DNA of 64,000 nucleotides from a virus: IMG/VR virus record IMGVR_UViG_3300020193_000005, positions 45,137 to 109,136 of that record; one strand, 5' to 3'. Shown piece by piece: positions 55,448 to 64,000 of this stretch (position 1 is its first letter; each line of letters starts with the position of its first letter). The notes under the pieces were generated by a model. It saw only the letters and a program-made list of their open reading frames with translations, ran no database searches and was not told where the DNA came from. The position numbers and the translations under genes were made by a program.

Positions 55448-55885
55448 TCAGAAAAGGTCTTCCTCTTTCCCGACCCCCAGCATCCTGAGAAGCGCCCCGA
55501 ATCTCCTGATATCGCTCGTCTCGGCGACCTTTTCCGGGACGATCACGAGAATGTTTCGGTTCTTGACTTTTGTCTTTGCTAGCAACCCGGCGGCGACGAG
55601 CTGATCGACCGACTTTCGTATCGCCCCCTCGCTCACCCCCAGGAAGACCGCCAGCGACCTCTGCGTGGATTCCGGAGTCTCGGCGACCGCCACCAGGAGC
55701 CTACCCGCGGCGCTAAGAAGGCTTATCTCGTCGTGTCCCGAGTAATAAAGCAAGCGATGTCTGTCCAGTTGCCTCATCACCTTGTCGGCTATTTCGGCGG
55801 CCCCTTCCTCGCCTCCTACGCTTTCGGCGATCGCCTTCTTCAAAGCGTCGTCTATGGAGTGCTTTCTGTATTCCCTGGGAGCCAC
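55448..55885 (-). CDS. Winged-helix (MarR-like) DNA-binding protein
   Basis: PESTQRSLAVFLGVSEGAIRKSVDQLVAAGLL; TAGGAT-N6-GTG suggests a leaderless start. Confidence 0.75.
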   Translation of the reverse strand: MAPREYRKHSIDDALKKAIAESVGGEEGAAEIADKVMRQLDRHRLLYYSGHDEISLLSAAGRLLVAVAETPESTQRSLAVFLGVSEGAIRKSVDQLVAAGLLAKTKVKNRNILVIVPEKVAETSDIRRFGALLRMLGVGKEEDLF

Positions 55886-55946
55886 CGCCCTATCCTATTG
55901 CGCGAACCCCTCTCCGTGGTATAAGGTTGTTCGCCTAGGAGGAGAC

Positions 55947-56276
55947 GTGGCCAAAGACTCAAAAAAGACGCTGAAGATAGACCGGAACATAGATCGACTC
56001 GCCCAAAGGCTCAGAAAAATCAAAACGAAATCCGAAATGGAAAACCAACACATCGTGTGTCCGATGGCGAAGCTTCTTCAAAAACTCGACGACGAAACGG
56101 GTAAATGCCTGTACGACGTGCTCAACGACAACGTGACCACGACCAGCGACATAATACGGGAGATGCGGGTATCGGGAATCAGGGTGGCTCGTCAAACCAT
56201 CTACGACTATAGGGCGAGGGTTTGCTCCTGCGCCCACGAGGACAGGTGCGGATTAGACGAGAAATTCAAACAATAA
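55947..56276 (+). CDS. Hypothetical HTH/Cys-motif protein
   Basis: SD AGGAGG before GTG at 55947; C...RQTIYDYRARVCSC. Confidence 0.7.
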   Translation: MAKDSKKTLKIDRNIDRLAQRLRKIKTKSEMENQHIVCPMAKLLQKLDDETGKCLYDVLNDNVTTTSDIIREMRVSGIRVARQTIYDYRARVCSCAHEDRCGLDEKFKQ

Positions 56277-56294
56277 ATCACATCGGGAGGGCTA

Positions 56295-57512
56295 GTGGAG
56301 ATCAAAAAAACCGACAGCGAGAGACTGTCGGCCGGCGTCAAGAGAATGAAGGAAAAAGCCGAGAACGAAGTCAAATCCAAGAAGGTTCTCAACGCCATAG
56401 AGCAGATGATAAGGGCCAAGGGCATAGACCTCGCCGACATCGGGTCGATCAAAAAGGTATCGATTTATCAGCAGGTAACCAAGGACGCCGAAGGCGACTT
56501 CCAGGTGCACGACCTGCAGGCGATCCAGTTTTCCCCGGCTTGGGAAGAGGGTCCGAAGTGGGAGCTCCCCAAGCCGGGACCCTCGGTGCAAATACAAAAG
56601 TCAACGGTTAAACCAATCGTAAAAACCGGCGGGAAAACGGCGATCATCGTACCCGATATACAAATCGGTTATTTCCGCAACGAGGACGGGGAACTCGTCG
56701 CCACGCACGACGAGAGAGCTATCGCTATAGCGATGGCGATGGTGCGCGATATACAACCGACGCAGATAATTCTCCTCGGCGACAACCTGGATCTCCCGGA
56801 GTTCGGCAAGTACAGGCTCAGTCCCGCTTTCGCCCTCACTACGCAGGCTTCGGTGGACAGGGCTACGACGCTTTGCGCCGAACTAAGACAAGCGGCACCG
56901 AAAGCGAAGATCGTATGGCTCGCCGGCAACCACGAAGAGCGACTAACCAACTACATCCTCGACAACGCAAAGGCGGCGTTCGGCATCACCAAGGGGAACA
57001 CGCCTAAGGCGTGGCCGGACATGTCCGTTCCCTCCTTGTGCAGGATGGAGGAGTATGGCATCAATTTCGAGAGCGGATATCCTGCCGGCTACTATCTCGT
57101 CAATAAGCAGTTGGCGTGCATCCACGGCAACAGGGTTCGTTCCAAGGGTTCCACCGCTCACATCTACCTCAACGAGCAAAAGATGTCGGTCATCTACGGG
57201 CACATTCACAGGATAGAGCTAGCTTACCGAACTCGTCGTGACTGGGACGGGGCTAGGACGATCATGGCGGCGAGCCCCGGCACTCTAGCCCGAATAGACG
57301 GCGCCGTGCCCTCCACCAAGGGCGGGGTGGACGCCTGGGGGCGCCCCAAAACGGTCGTGGAGGACTGGCAACAGGGGGTCGGGCTCGTGACCTACGAGGA
57401 CACCGGCAAGGATTTGTTCACGTACGAGGTGGCGACGATATACGACGGTTGGACCAGGTTCCGTGGAGTGGAGTATGACGCAAGAAAAGTCAAATTTCCC
57501 GTTGTAAAATAG
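56295..57512 (+). CDS. Calcineurin-like metallophosphoesterase
   Basis: PDIQ, LGDNLD, GNHE, IHG, GHIH motifs. Confidence 0.9.
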   Translation: MEIKKTDSERLSAGVKRMKEKAENEVKSKKVLNAIEQMIRAKGIDLADIGSIKKVSIYQQVTKDAEGDFQVHDLQAIQFSPAWEEGPKWELPKPGPSVQIQKSTVKPIVKTGGKTAIIVPDIQIGYFRNEDGELVATHDERAIAIAMAMVRDIQPTQIILLGDNLDLPEFGKYRLSPAFALTTQASVDRATTLCAELRQAAPKAKIVWLAGNHEERLTNYILDNAKAAFGITKGNTPKAWPDMSVPSLCRMEEYGINFESGYPAGYYLVNKQLACIHGNRVRSKGSTAHIYLNEQKMSVIYGHIHRIELAYRTRRDWDGARTIMAASPGTLARIDGAVPSTKGGVDAWGRPKTVVEDWQQGVGLVTYEDTGKDLFTYEVATIYDGWTRFRGVEYDARKVKFPVVK

Positions 57513-57633
57513 CCTTCATGAAAAGGCCCGTACTCGCTCAGGCATCCGTTACGAGACGGCGTGAGTCGCTGAATTCCCTCCATGGTTTGCGGGGCTCGGA
57601 TAAACCCACCCTACGACGGGAAGAAGACCGAGA

Positions 57634-58287
57634 ATGACGACGATAATAGGGGTACAGGGAGAAGGATGGTGCGTCATCGGGTGGGACTCGCGCATCTCCA
57701 ATACCTCCGACGACGGGGACTCCGAGACCCACGTACTGTCGGACAGCCAGAAGAAGGTCGTCCAGAACGGACCCTGGCTCGTCGGAGCGGCGGGAGACCT
57801 GAGGGCGATCAACATCCTCTCCCACAACTTCACCCCGCCCGTCCCCAGACCGACGCTCGTCGGCGCGGCGCTGGATAAGTTCGTCTCCACCGACTTCATA
57901 CCCTCCCTCAGGGAGGTCATGGAAAGATCCGGCTACGCCCCGATCCACAAGGAGTCCCCGGGCAAGTGCGAGTTCGAGAGCGAGCTGATAGCCGCGGTGA
58001 ACGGCAGGATCTACGGCGTGGACGGCGACTACAGCTGGATCAGCGAGTCTTCCGGTCTGTACTCGATCGGTAGCGGATCGCGCTACGCGCTGGGAGCCCT
58101 GACGGCCACCGGATGGGGAAGATCGGTGCTCACCGCCCGCAACTCGGTACTCAAGGCGTTGTCGGTGGCGAGCAAGTTCGATCCGGGGACCGGGGCTCCG
58201 TTCCACGTGTCGGCGCAGTACGCCAAGGAGCGTAATAAAAGTAGCGGCGGTAAAAAAGGCTCTTCGCGAAAAGCCAGAAAAAAATAG
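57634..58287 (+). CDS. Proteasome-beta/HslV-like Ntn threonine protease
   Basis: N-terminal MTTI, DSR, conserved Lys (QKKV), IGSGS, DPGTG. Confidence 0.85.
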   Translation: MTTIIGVQGEGWCVIGWDSRISNTSDDGDSETHVLSDSQKKVVQNGPWLVGAAGDLRAINILSHNFTPPVPRPTLVGAALDKFVSTDFIPSLREVMERSGYAPIHKESPGKCEFESELIAAVNGRIYGVDGDYSWISESSGLYSIGSGSRYALGALTATGWGRSVLTARNSVLKALSVASKFDPGTGAPFHVSAQYAKERNKSSGGKKGSSRKARKK

Positions 58288-58349
58288 CCAGATCGTAAGG
58301 TAGCGATTACCCGATAGTCCTCCGGTAAGTTGTGCGCGGAGGGAAAAAC

Positions 58350-58703
58350 ATGGTCAAGCGAGAGGGTAAGCGGCCGACCAAAACCGCGTCCAAGAAACCG
58401 GCGAGCGCGCCGAAGACGCTCGATATGCCAAGATACGAGTGGATGGCGAGGGCCAGGTGCAGGGGGGAAACTGACAAGATGTTTCCCAAGGGGCATAAGG
58501 ATATTAGCTACATTCAGGAGGCTCGCGAGATGTGCGCCAATTGCACCGTTCAACCGCAGTGCCTGGAGTACGCGCTGGAGTTCCCGGCCGCCGACATGCA
58601 CGGCGTGTGGGCGGGATTGACGAGCAGACAACTGGCCGCCGAGCAGAAACGAAGGAAGATCTCCCCGACGAGACCGACGCTCAGCCAGATGTGGGGAGAA
58701 TGA
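58350..58703 (+). CDS. whiB: WhiB-family Fe-S transcription factor
   Basis: WMARARC...CANCTVQPQC...HGVWAG. Confidence 0.92.
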   Translation: MVKREGKRPTKTASKKPASAPKTLDMPRYEWMARARCRGETDKMFPKGHKDISYIQEAREMCANCTVQPQCLEYALEFPAADMHGVWAGLTSRQLAAEQKRRKISPTRPTLSQMWGE

Positions 58704-58900
58704 ACGACTCGCTCTCCACCCCGAAGCGAGAAAGGAGCGCCGGGGACGACGGCGACGAATACGCCGGTTGGTATCGCTGGGACGAGGCGACGAGGACCTG
58801 GGTGCCGCATCCCGATCCGTCGGTCGCCGCGTCGCTGAGCGAACGGGAGATCGCCGCTCCGCTATACGAACGCAGGAGGGCCGCCGGAATACCCACGTGA
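58700..58900 (+). CDS. Small hypothetical protein
   Basis: ATGA overlap with whiB. Confidence 0.5.
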   Translation: MNDSLSTPKRERSAGDDGDEYAGWYRWDEATRTWVPHPDPSVAASLSEREIAAPLYERRRAAGIPT

Positions 58901-59070
58901 GCGGCCGCGAAGCCGGTGCGAGCCTCGAGCCAGGATTTTGTATTTGTTCGGATCGGCGGGAGAGAGAAAGCGGCCAGCCTAAAGCGGCGAAAAAAAAAAT
59001 TGTAGCCACGCGTGCGCGGACTAATTTATACGAGACTAAAAAAAATAGAACTACGCGTGCGCGTCCCGAT

Positions 59071-59412
59071 TTATCCGACTCTGATTCCGCACTCGTCGCA
59101 GAACTCGTATCCGTCCAGACTTACGATCCTCTGATCGCATTTGATTCTCCCGCAGGGTCTTACGAGTTTGTCCCCGGTGGCGTAGGCGGCGAGTACCTCG
59201 GCTATCGTCGGATTGTAACGGCCCTCCGGCGGGGACGGTAGACCGCGGTCGGCCCTCTCGGCTTCCCTGATCGCGTTGGAGACGAAGGCGTTGATCGAGA
59301 CGCCGTCCCGCTCGCATACGGCGAGCATCCTTCCCTTCAGCCAGCCCGGGATCCGCACGCAGATCTGGTGGAGCTCGTCGTCGCTCCTAGGCGGAGTCGG
59401 TCGGTGGGGCAT
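59071..59412 (-). CDS. Ribbon-helix-helix protein with C-terminal Cys cluster
   Basis: ICVRIPGWLK...GVSINAFVSNAI; PCG..C...CDEC. Confidence 0.7.
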   Translation of the reverse strand: MPHRPTPPRSDDELHQICVRIPGWLKGRMLAVCERDGVSINAFVSNAIREAERADRGLPSPPEGRYNPTIAEVLAAYATGDKLVRPCGRIKCDQRIVSLDGYEFCDECGIRVG

Positions 59413-59569
59413 CCCTCAGTACCAGCGTCCTGAGATACTCGGTGATCGACATATCGTATCCCTCCGACACGTCGATGAGATGGTTCTTGAACCAGGACGG
59501 AACTCTCAGAGTGAGGGTACAATCCTCGCCTACGGCCCTCTTCGCCGGTCTTCCTCCGCGTCTATTCAC
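59387..59569 (-). CDS. Ribbon-helix-helix DNA-binding protein, leaderless
   Basis: LTLRVPSWFK...MSITEYLRTLV; TAGCGT-N7-GTG. Confidence 0.7.
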   Translation of the reverse strand: MNRRGGRPAKRAVGEDCTLTLRVPSWFKNHLIDVSEGYDMSITEYLRTLVLRDAPPTDSA

Positions 59570-59585
59570 GCGGAAAACGCTACTA

Positions 59586-60062
59586 CTATTCCCTTTCCTT
59601 ACCGGGAAGACCGTAGTTCTCGGTCTCCCACGCGGCGAGATTCTCGCGATAGGCGCGGAAGAAGAGCTCGCGATCGCCGTTGGTGTGCAGTTCCAGGGCG
59701 TTGCGACCGCCCAGCGCGGCGAGCGTTTCGGCCACTACGGGGTGCATCTTCTCGGAGGATCCGACCCCCGAGTGGGAAGCCTCGGATATCCTGCGGAGCT
59801 GAGCCCACGCCTCCCATTCCTTCGGCGGTCTCCCCGGTCTGGTCGATAGCGCCAGTCTGCGGACGGTGCCGGGTCTGGGGAGCCACGAGGCGTCCTGCGC
59901 CACGAGGGTTCTATAGGCGTGGCGAGCCTCCTCCACGGATACGTCGGACAAGAAACGACTCCAGGTGGAGAGTAACTCGTCCCAGTCGGATCCTTTGGGG
60001 ATGCGTTCGTTCCAGGCGTTGTAGAAAGCCACGACTACTTTGCCGGCCGAGTCGGAGTCCAC
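59586..60062 (-). CDS. Putative helicase loader/inhibitor (G39P-like)
   Basis: W..FLSDVS..EA....WLPRPG.VR...EAW; adjacent to an initiator-like gene. Confidence 0.55.
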   Translation of the reverse strand: MDSDSAGKVVVAFYNAWNERIPKGSDWDELLSTWSRFLSDVSVEEARHAYRTLVAQDASWLPRPGTVRRLALSTRPGRPPKEWEAWAQLRRISEASHSGVGSSEKMHPVVAETLAALGGRNALELHTNGDRELFFRAYRENLAAWETENYGLPGKERE

Positions 60063-60478
60063 TAGAAGTCGGCTCCCTTCGGTCGGGATCGGTTCTCTCT
60101 CGCTATTTCGCAGAACCGCTCTATTTTGGCCGCGTCGCGCAGTATGAGCTCCACGTCGTCGTACTTACGCCGGCGATCGTTGTCGCCCTGGTGGAACGGA
60201 CTGAGCTTGCAACCCTCTATCGCTTCTACGCACGCATCGACTCCGTAAGTGACCACGGCCCACGAGATTCTTTCCCGGCGCTCCTCGGTGAGTTTGACCC
60301 TGTTCTCCTGACCGGGGCGATGTATCCGGACCCACTCGTTCCACACGAAATCGACGTCGTCCCGATTCGCCAGTTCGATCTTCTTCCTGCGCCGCGCGTA
60401 CTTCCGTTGCGCGTGGTTTCTCCTAGGTTTCGGTTCCGTCACGAACAATACCCCCTGCACGATTCGATCATACGCCAT
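60062..60478 (-). CDS. Phage replication initiator C-terminal-like protein
   Basis: LTEERRERI...AIEGCKLSPFHQGDNDR..YDDVELILRD..KIERF. Confidence 0.6.
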   Translation of the reverse strand: MAYDRIVQGVLFVTEPKPRRNHAQRKYARRRKKIELANRDDVDFVWNEWVRIHRPGQENRVKLTEERRERISWAVVTYGVDACVEAIEGCKLSPFHQGDNDRRRKYDDVELILRDAAKIERFCEIARENRSRPKGADF

Positions 60479-60908
60479 CGGACGCGATAAATCAAGGGGA
60501 ATCGGCCGAATTAAGCACGGACCCCCACTCGTCTCTTACGAACGCCTCGTACGAACCCCTTGTAGAGAATACGTACCATAAGTTGTATTTGCTAAACGTC
60601 TCTCGTAATCGAGACCCTTAGCGTCGTATCGGAACGACGGTTCGTCGTTCCAGTACGACAACTTACCGACCCGATCGCTTCGTCGTCCACGAAGACGGGT
60701 AGGCATCACGACTAACTTTTTACGAAGTTTTCTAGCGCGAAACCCGTACGCACGTCAAGTATCCTTGTCCGCCCTACTCCGGGGGTTCCGGTGCCGGCAC
60801 CCGCCGATGGTCTACAATTTTCCCGCTCCGTATTGACCCCCCTTGTCGGAGCGGATTGGGTCGTCACCCGGGTCTTTTCTCCTTTCTTCCCGGGTGGCGA
60901 CTCGCCGT

Positions 60909-60978
60909 TCATCCGCCACCGTCGTCCCCTTTAGCCGAGGGCTCTCGATCGATCTGGTCATCCGCCACCGTCGTCCCC
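60909..60978. repeat. Two exact 21-bp direct repeats TCATCCGCCACCGTCGTCCCC
   Basis: 60909-60929 and 60958-60978. Confidence 0.9.
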
Positions 60979-61250
60979 GATTGCCAAACGACCCCGGCGC
61001 GCGCTCCGAAGTCCAAGAGTAAGTGAAATCGCTCACGAGTCCAGGGGTCAACCGAGGCTTGGACTTCCGACCTTTTTCGGTAGTCGAGGCTTCTGGACTA
61101 CGGAGCGAAAGTCCGCGCGGGAGCGCCACGGGAGGCGAAAAGGTAGATCGAAGAGCGCCTTAAAACGAAAAAAGCGCGCCGAACCTATCCTTCCTTTCGA
61201 AAAGAGTCGACTCGACGCGCGTCAATCGCGCGAAAGCGTTCGAAGAGCGG

Positions 61251-61487
61251 TTAGCCGACTTTTACGGCCACCTTGTGGAATTCCACCCACTGTTCGCCGT
61301 GACCGTTGAGCGGGCCGATCTTGACGTCGAGCCTGCCGTACCTGAATCTCTCGTCGAGAATGGTCACCGGGAATCCCATGTCGTCCACCACGTAGACGCC
61401 TTTGCGTCCGACCAACGATCGGTGGTTGCGCTTCTCCTTGGCGGTGTAGGTCTTGGGTTTTTTGATGAGTTTGTTCAGCTGAACCAT
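61251..61487 (-). CDS. Hypothetical protein
   Basis: MVQLNKL start; RFRYGRLDV..P..G.GEQWV. Confidence 0.7.
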   Translation of the reverse strand: MVQLNKLIKKPKTYTAKEKRNHRSLVGRKGVYVVDDMGFPVTILDERFRYGRLDVKIGPLNGHGEQWVEFHKVAVKVG

Positions 61488-61533
61488 ACGACCCCCAGTG
61501 CGGTCAGGAAAACGAACCACGTCATCAAGTCCA

Positions 61534-61878
61534 TTACGACCTCTTCCTGCGGTTGATCTTGCGGGTCCGCTTGATCATCGTCTTGACGTCGGCCACCGAG
61601 AATTCGGCGCGCTTCTCGCCGTCCGGGCCGGCTGGATCCTCCACCTGTACGTGGATGGCGCAGACGAGCCTGTCGATTTCCTCCTGGGTGAGGCGGCGGT
61701 CGGCCGAGAACGACACCGTAGCCAGGTAGGTGTTGTACGGCTTGTTCTTCACGATCGGTTGGCTGTTGTTCTGCAACGACCTCATGATCTGGGCGAAGTC
61801 GTTCTCCAACCTCGCGACCTTGCGCACGAGCTTCTCGGTCTTGTTGGTCTTCTTCTTTTTCTTCTTGTTTACGGGCAT
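61534..61878 (-). CDS. Hypothetical basic protein
   Basis: SD AAGGAGG. Confidence 0.75.
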   Translation of the reverse strand: MPVNKKKKKKTNKTEKLVRKVARLENDFAQIMRSLQNNSQPIVKNKPYNTYLATVSFSADRRLTQEEIDRLVCAIHVQVEDPAGPDGEKRAEFSVADVKTMIKRTRKINRRKRS

Positions 61879-61955
61879 GATTCCTCCTTGGCTTTGAAGC
61901 TATCCGTTTTCTTGTCGTCTTGCAACGTCCAACGGAGTGTCATCCGACACCGTGC

Positions 61956-62351
61956 TCATATCGTCTCTCCGTCCTCGATCAAGTAGGTTTTGGCGAACAC
62001 GCCCGAGCCGTCTTCGGAGACGATCCATCCGAGGATTTTCGTCCTGCCGCCGACGTACAGTTTCAGCGAGTTGCGGGCGTACCTCCTGCCCTTGTGCGTG
62101 ATCCCGGAATCCTCGGTCTCCTCGTACACCGTCCAAACCGCGCCTCGGCGACCTTGCAGCCCCTTACTCGCGTCGATCCTTTCCAGGGTCCGATGGGCTT
62201 CCAAGGTTTTTTGGGTCGGGAGTCCGTCCGCTTCGGCGAGATACGGAGTCATCGGGCTCGTCTTGCCGTACTCGATCCGTAGATCGGAGAGCGTCCCCAT
62301 TCCGTCCATGTGATGCCGGAGGAACTTTTCGAGCTCGGTTTCCGTCCTCAC
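61956..62351 (-). CDS. Hypothetical protein
   Basis: GTGA overlap, SD GGAGG. Confidence 0.75.
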   Translation of the reverse strand: MRTETELEKFLRHHMDGMGTLSDLRIEYGKTSPMTPYLAEADGLPTQKTLEAHRTLERIDASKGLQGRRGAVWTVYEETEDSGITHKGRRYARNSLKLYVGGRTKILGWIVSEDGSGVFAKTYLIEDGETI

Positions 62352-62602
62352 TTCCTCCTCCCGCGCTTCCTCTTCGTCGAGAGCATGCGGCGCAGGCGTC
62401 GGCCCAGGTCGGCGTCCCGATCGGCGACCTTACCCTTCTTGGGGACGCGGAGCCATCCGTCCTCGCCCATGACCCCGTCGTGGTAGATCGACTCGACCTC
62501 GTAGAGGGGTCGGTCGTCGAAGCGGATCATGAGGGTCTCGTCGTCCAGGACGAAGCCGTCCCGCTCGGTCCACTTGACGACGAAGTAGTGCTCGACGGTC
62601 AT
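62348..62602 (-). CDS. Hypothetical protein
   Basis: MTVEHYF start, ATGA overlap. Confidence 0.7.
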   Translation of the reverse strand: MTVEHYFVVKWTERDGFVLDDETLMIRFDDRPLYEVESIYHDGVMGEDGWLRVPKKGKVADRDADLGRRLRRMLSTKRKRGRRK

Positions 62603-63168
62603 TGCGAGTCCTCCTCGGGGATGCCCCACGACGCGACTTCTTTCAGCTTGCCTTTCTTGCCCTCGTAGACGACGCCCCAGCCCTGCTCTTCCTCGTTGTA
62701 AAACTCGAACCGCAGACTCGGGTGCTGTTCCACCATCGCCTTGAACGCCTTTTTCGCGGGAGCCCAAGCCGTGTTGAACTCGTAGGTGAGCGCGCGATCG
62801 GTGTCTTCGAGGAGTTTGCATTCGCAGGCATCCCACTTCGTGCCCCAGTTGCGAATGTTCCAGTCGTACCAGTTGTCGGAGAACTTGCTGTCGTGTTCCA
62901 TCCGCTCCTCGAAGGTCATTTCGTCGTGCTCGTCGTCCCTCACCTTGTCGTCGAAGTAGGCGTCCTTGTCCTTCGGTTCGACGAAGTTCCAGAACGACAG
63001 CGGTTGCTTCCATTCGACGACGTTGATCGCGTCGGCGTCGTACTCGCCGTTCTCGCCGGAGACTCCGGTGTGGCGGGTCGTGTACGATTTGGCGGCTTTC
63101 TTCCGGAAGCGATCGATCGATCGCTTGTCGCCCTTGACGATCATTGAGGTGTGGACCCAGTTCGGCAT
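62599..63168 (-). CDS. DUF1281/YubB-like ferredoxin-fold protein
   Basis: MPNW start; NWYDWNIRNWGTKWD; FNTAWAP. Confidence 0.8.
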   Translation of the reverse strand: MPNWVHTSMIVKGDKRSIDRFRKKAAKSYTTRHTGVSGENGEYDADAINVVEWKQPLSFWNFVEPKDKDAYFDDKVRDDEHDEMTFEERMEHDSKFSDNWYDWNIRNWGTKWDACECKLLEDTDRALTYEFNTAWAPAKKAFKAMVEQHPSLRFEFYNEEEQGWGVVYEGKKGKLKEVASWGIPEEDSQ

Positions 63169-63536
63169 TAGAAGACCACCTTGATGCAATTATTCGGGTT
63201 ACCGTCCCACTCCACGTTCAGACCGTGGTCGGCGAGGATGCCCGCGCAGGCGGCGATCTCGTCGGGGAACTTCGACGAGTTGTGGTTGAGGTAGATGGCC
63301 GAGTGGCTCTTGACGTTGTCGTCCAGGTCGTATCTGAGAGCGTTGCCCTGGCCGTTGTAGAACCACACGACAGGCACGTCGGCCCAAGGCTTGGTTCCGA
63401 CCTGGGTCATCTCGTACCAGATGCACGATCGGCAGCATCCGGGAACCCCGAGAATCGCCTTGAATCCGTTCTTGCGCATTTCCTTGAAGGCGCCGTGCAA
63501 CATGGCCTGGTCGCTCTTTTTCGCGATCGTTTTCAT
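63168..63536 (-). CDS. Hypothetical protein with a CCxxC motif
   Basis: AFKEMRKNGF...GCCRSC...GLNVEWDG; coupled at both ends. Confidence 0.7.
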   Translation of the reverse strand: MKTIAKKSDQAMLHGAFKEMRKNGFKAILGVPGCCRSCIWYEMTQVGTKPWADVPVVWFYNGQGNALRYDLDDNVKSHSAIYLNHNSSKFPDEIAACAGILADHGLNVEWDGNPNNCIKVVF

Positions 63537-63775
63537 GACGCGAACGTCGCTTTTCGGATTTGCGCGAGGTCGGCGTAGACCACGACCGTGCGGTAGTCCG
63601 TCCAACTCGCGGCCGTGGCGAACTGCACCGCGCCTTCGGCGAGCGAGGTGACCTCGCAGTCCTCGTAGACGGCGGCGTCCGTCTGGATTTCGACGAGGTG
63701 GTCGTTGTCGCGCGCGTATCGCAGGACCTCGTAGGGCGTCATGTTGGGCCACAGGTATCGGTGCGGGTTTTCCAT
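63533..63775 (-). CDS. Hypothetical protein, leaderless
   Basis: ATG 7 nt after TAGCGT. Confidence 0.7.
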   Translation of the reverse strand: MENPHRYLWPNMTPYEVLRYARDNDHLVEIQTDAAVYEDCEVTSLAEGAVQFATAASWTDYRTVVVYADLAQIRKATFAS

Positions 63776-63782
63776 GGGCGTC

Positions 63783-63875
63783 ACGCTACGGCGCGCACGG
63801 GCACCTTGCAACCCGCAAGGGGGTGACTTGTGCCACTTCTTGCGGGTTGCAACCCGCAAGGATCGGCGGTAGCGT
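63783..63875. promoter_or_regulatory. Mirror-image divergent promoters TTGCAA-N17-TAGCGT with a 22-bp palindrome
   Basis: Minus strand -35 at 63806-11 and -10 at 63783-88; plus strand -35 at 63847-52 and -10 at 63870-75; palindrome at 63839-63860. Confidence 0.8.
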
Positions 63876-63882
63876 TTGGGGC

Positions 63883-64000
63883 ATGGAAAAGGAAACGAAC
63901 ACGCTCACCGACGAGCAACGATGGCATTTGGACGAACTCACCCAGGAGTTGGAGCGGGCGATCCGCTACTACCGGGCGATCCTGGACGCGATCAGCGGGG
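63883..64000 (+). CDS. Hypothetical protein, 3'-truncated, leaderless
   Basis: MEKETNTLTDEQRWHL..., open to the window end. Confidence 0.6.
   Translation, partial: MEKETNTLTDEQRWHLDELTQELERAIRYYRAILDAISG

Noticed and set aside
57634-58287. HslV-like protease as the DSGAM-processing enzyme
   Set aside because: Lies outside the virion module, lacks the shared tags, and nothing in the sequence links it to the motif
60909-60978. 21-bp direct repeats with a 28-bp spacer as a mini-CRISPR array
   Set aside because: Only two short non-palindromic copies and no cas genes
61900-61959. 19-aa ORF with ATGA overlap
   Set aside because: Too short and featureless to support

Overview
The window is a 64-kb piece of a large tailed dsDNA phage genome, probably infecting an actinobacterium (two WhiB proteins, many apparently leaderless genes, a tmRNA tag ending FALAA). 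Bases 1-44,000 form a + strand head-associated module of giant multidomain proteins (>1037, 2527, 956, 2040 and 6466 aa) that ends at an HK97-fold major capsid gene (44128-45501). The rest holds DNA-metabolism, regulatory and early-type genes: SNase nuclease, two C5 DNA methyltransferases, a SNF2 helicase, thioredoxin, SSB, tmRNA, a metallophosphoesterase, an HslV/proteasome-like protease, RHH/HTH regulators and a replication initiator/loader pair. The main observation is that the giant proteins look like addressed, segmented polyproteins. A motif [DEN]-[ST]-G-[ARKQS]-M occurs about 19 times (10 exact DSGAM), with synonymous codon variation, and sits at the boundaries of recognisable domains (HTH arrays, Clp-N, Nudix, zeta kinase and others). 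Three of the proteins also share a ~36-aa N-terminal tag (DMNPxTARDADxDRLVLEGI..VNLGRGVPDPTPFG). I infer a virion-packaged cargo system that is proteolytically split into effectors. All family assignments come from motif recognition by eye; no database search was run.
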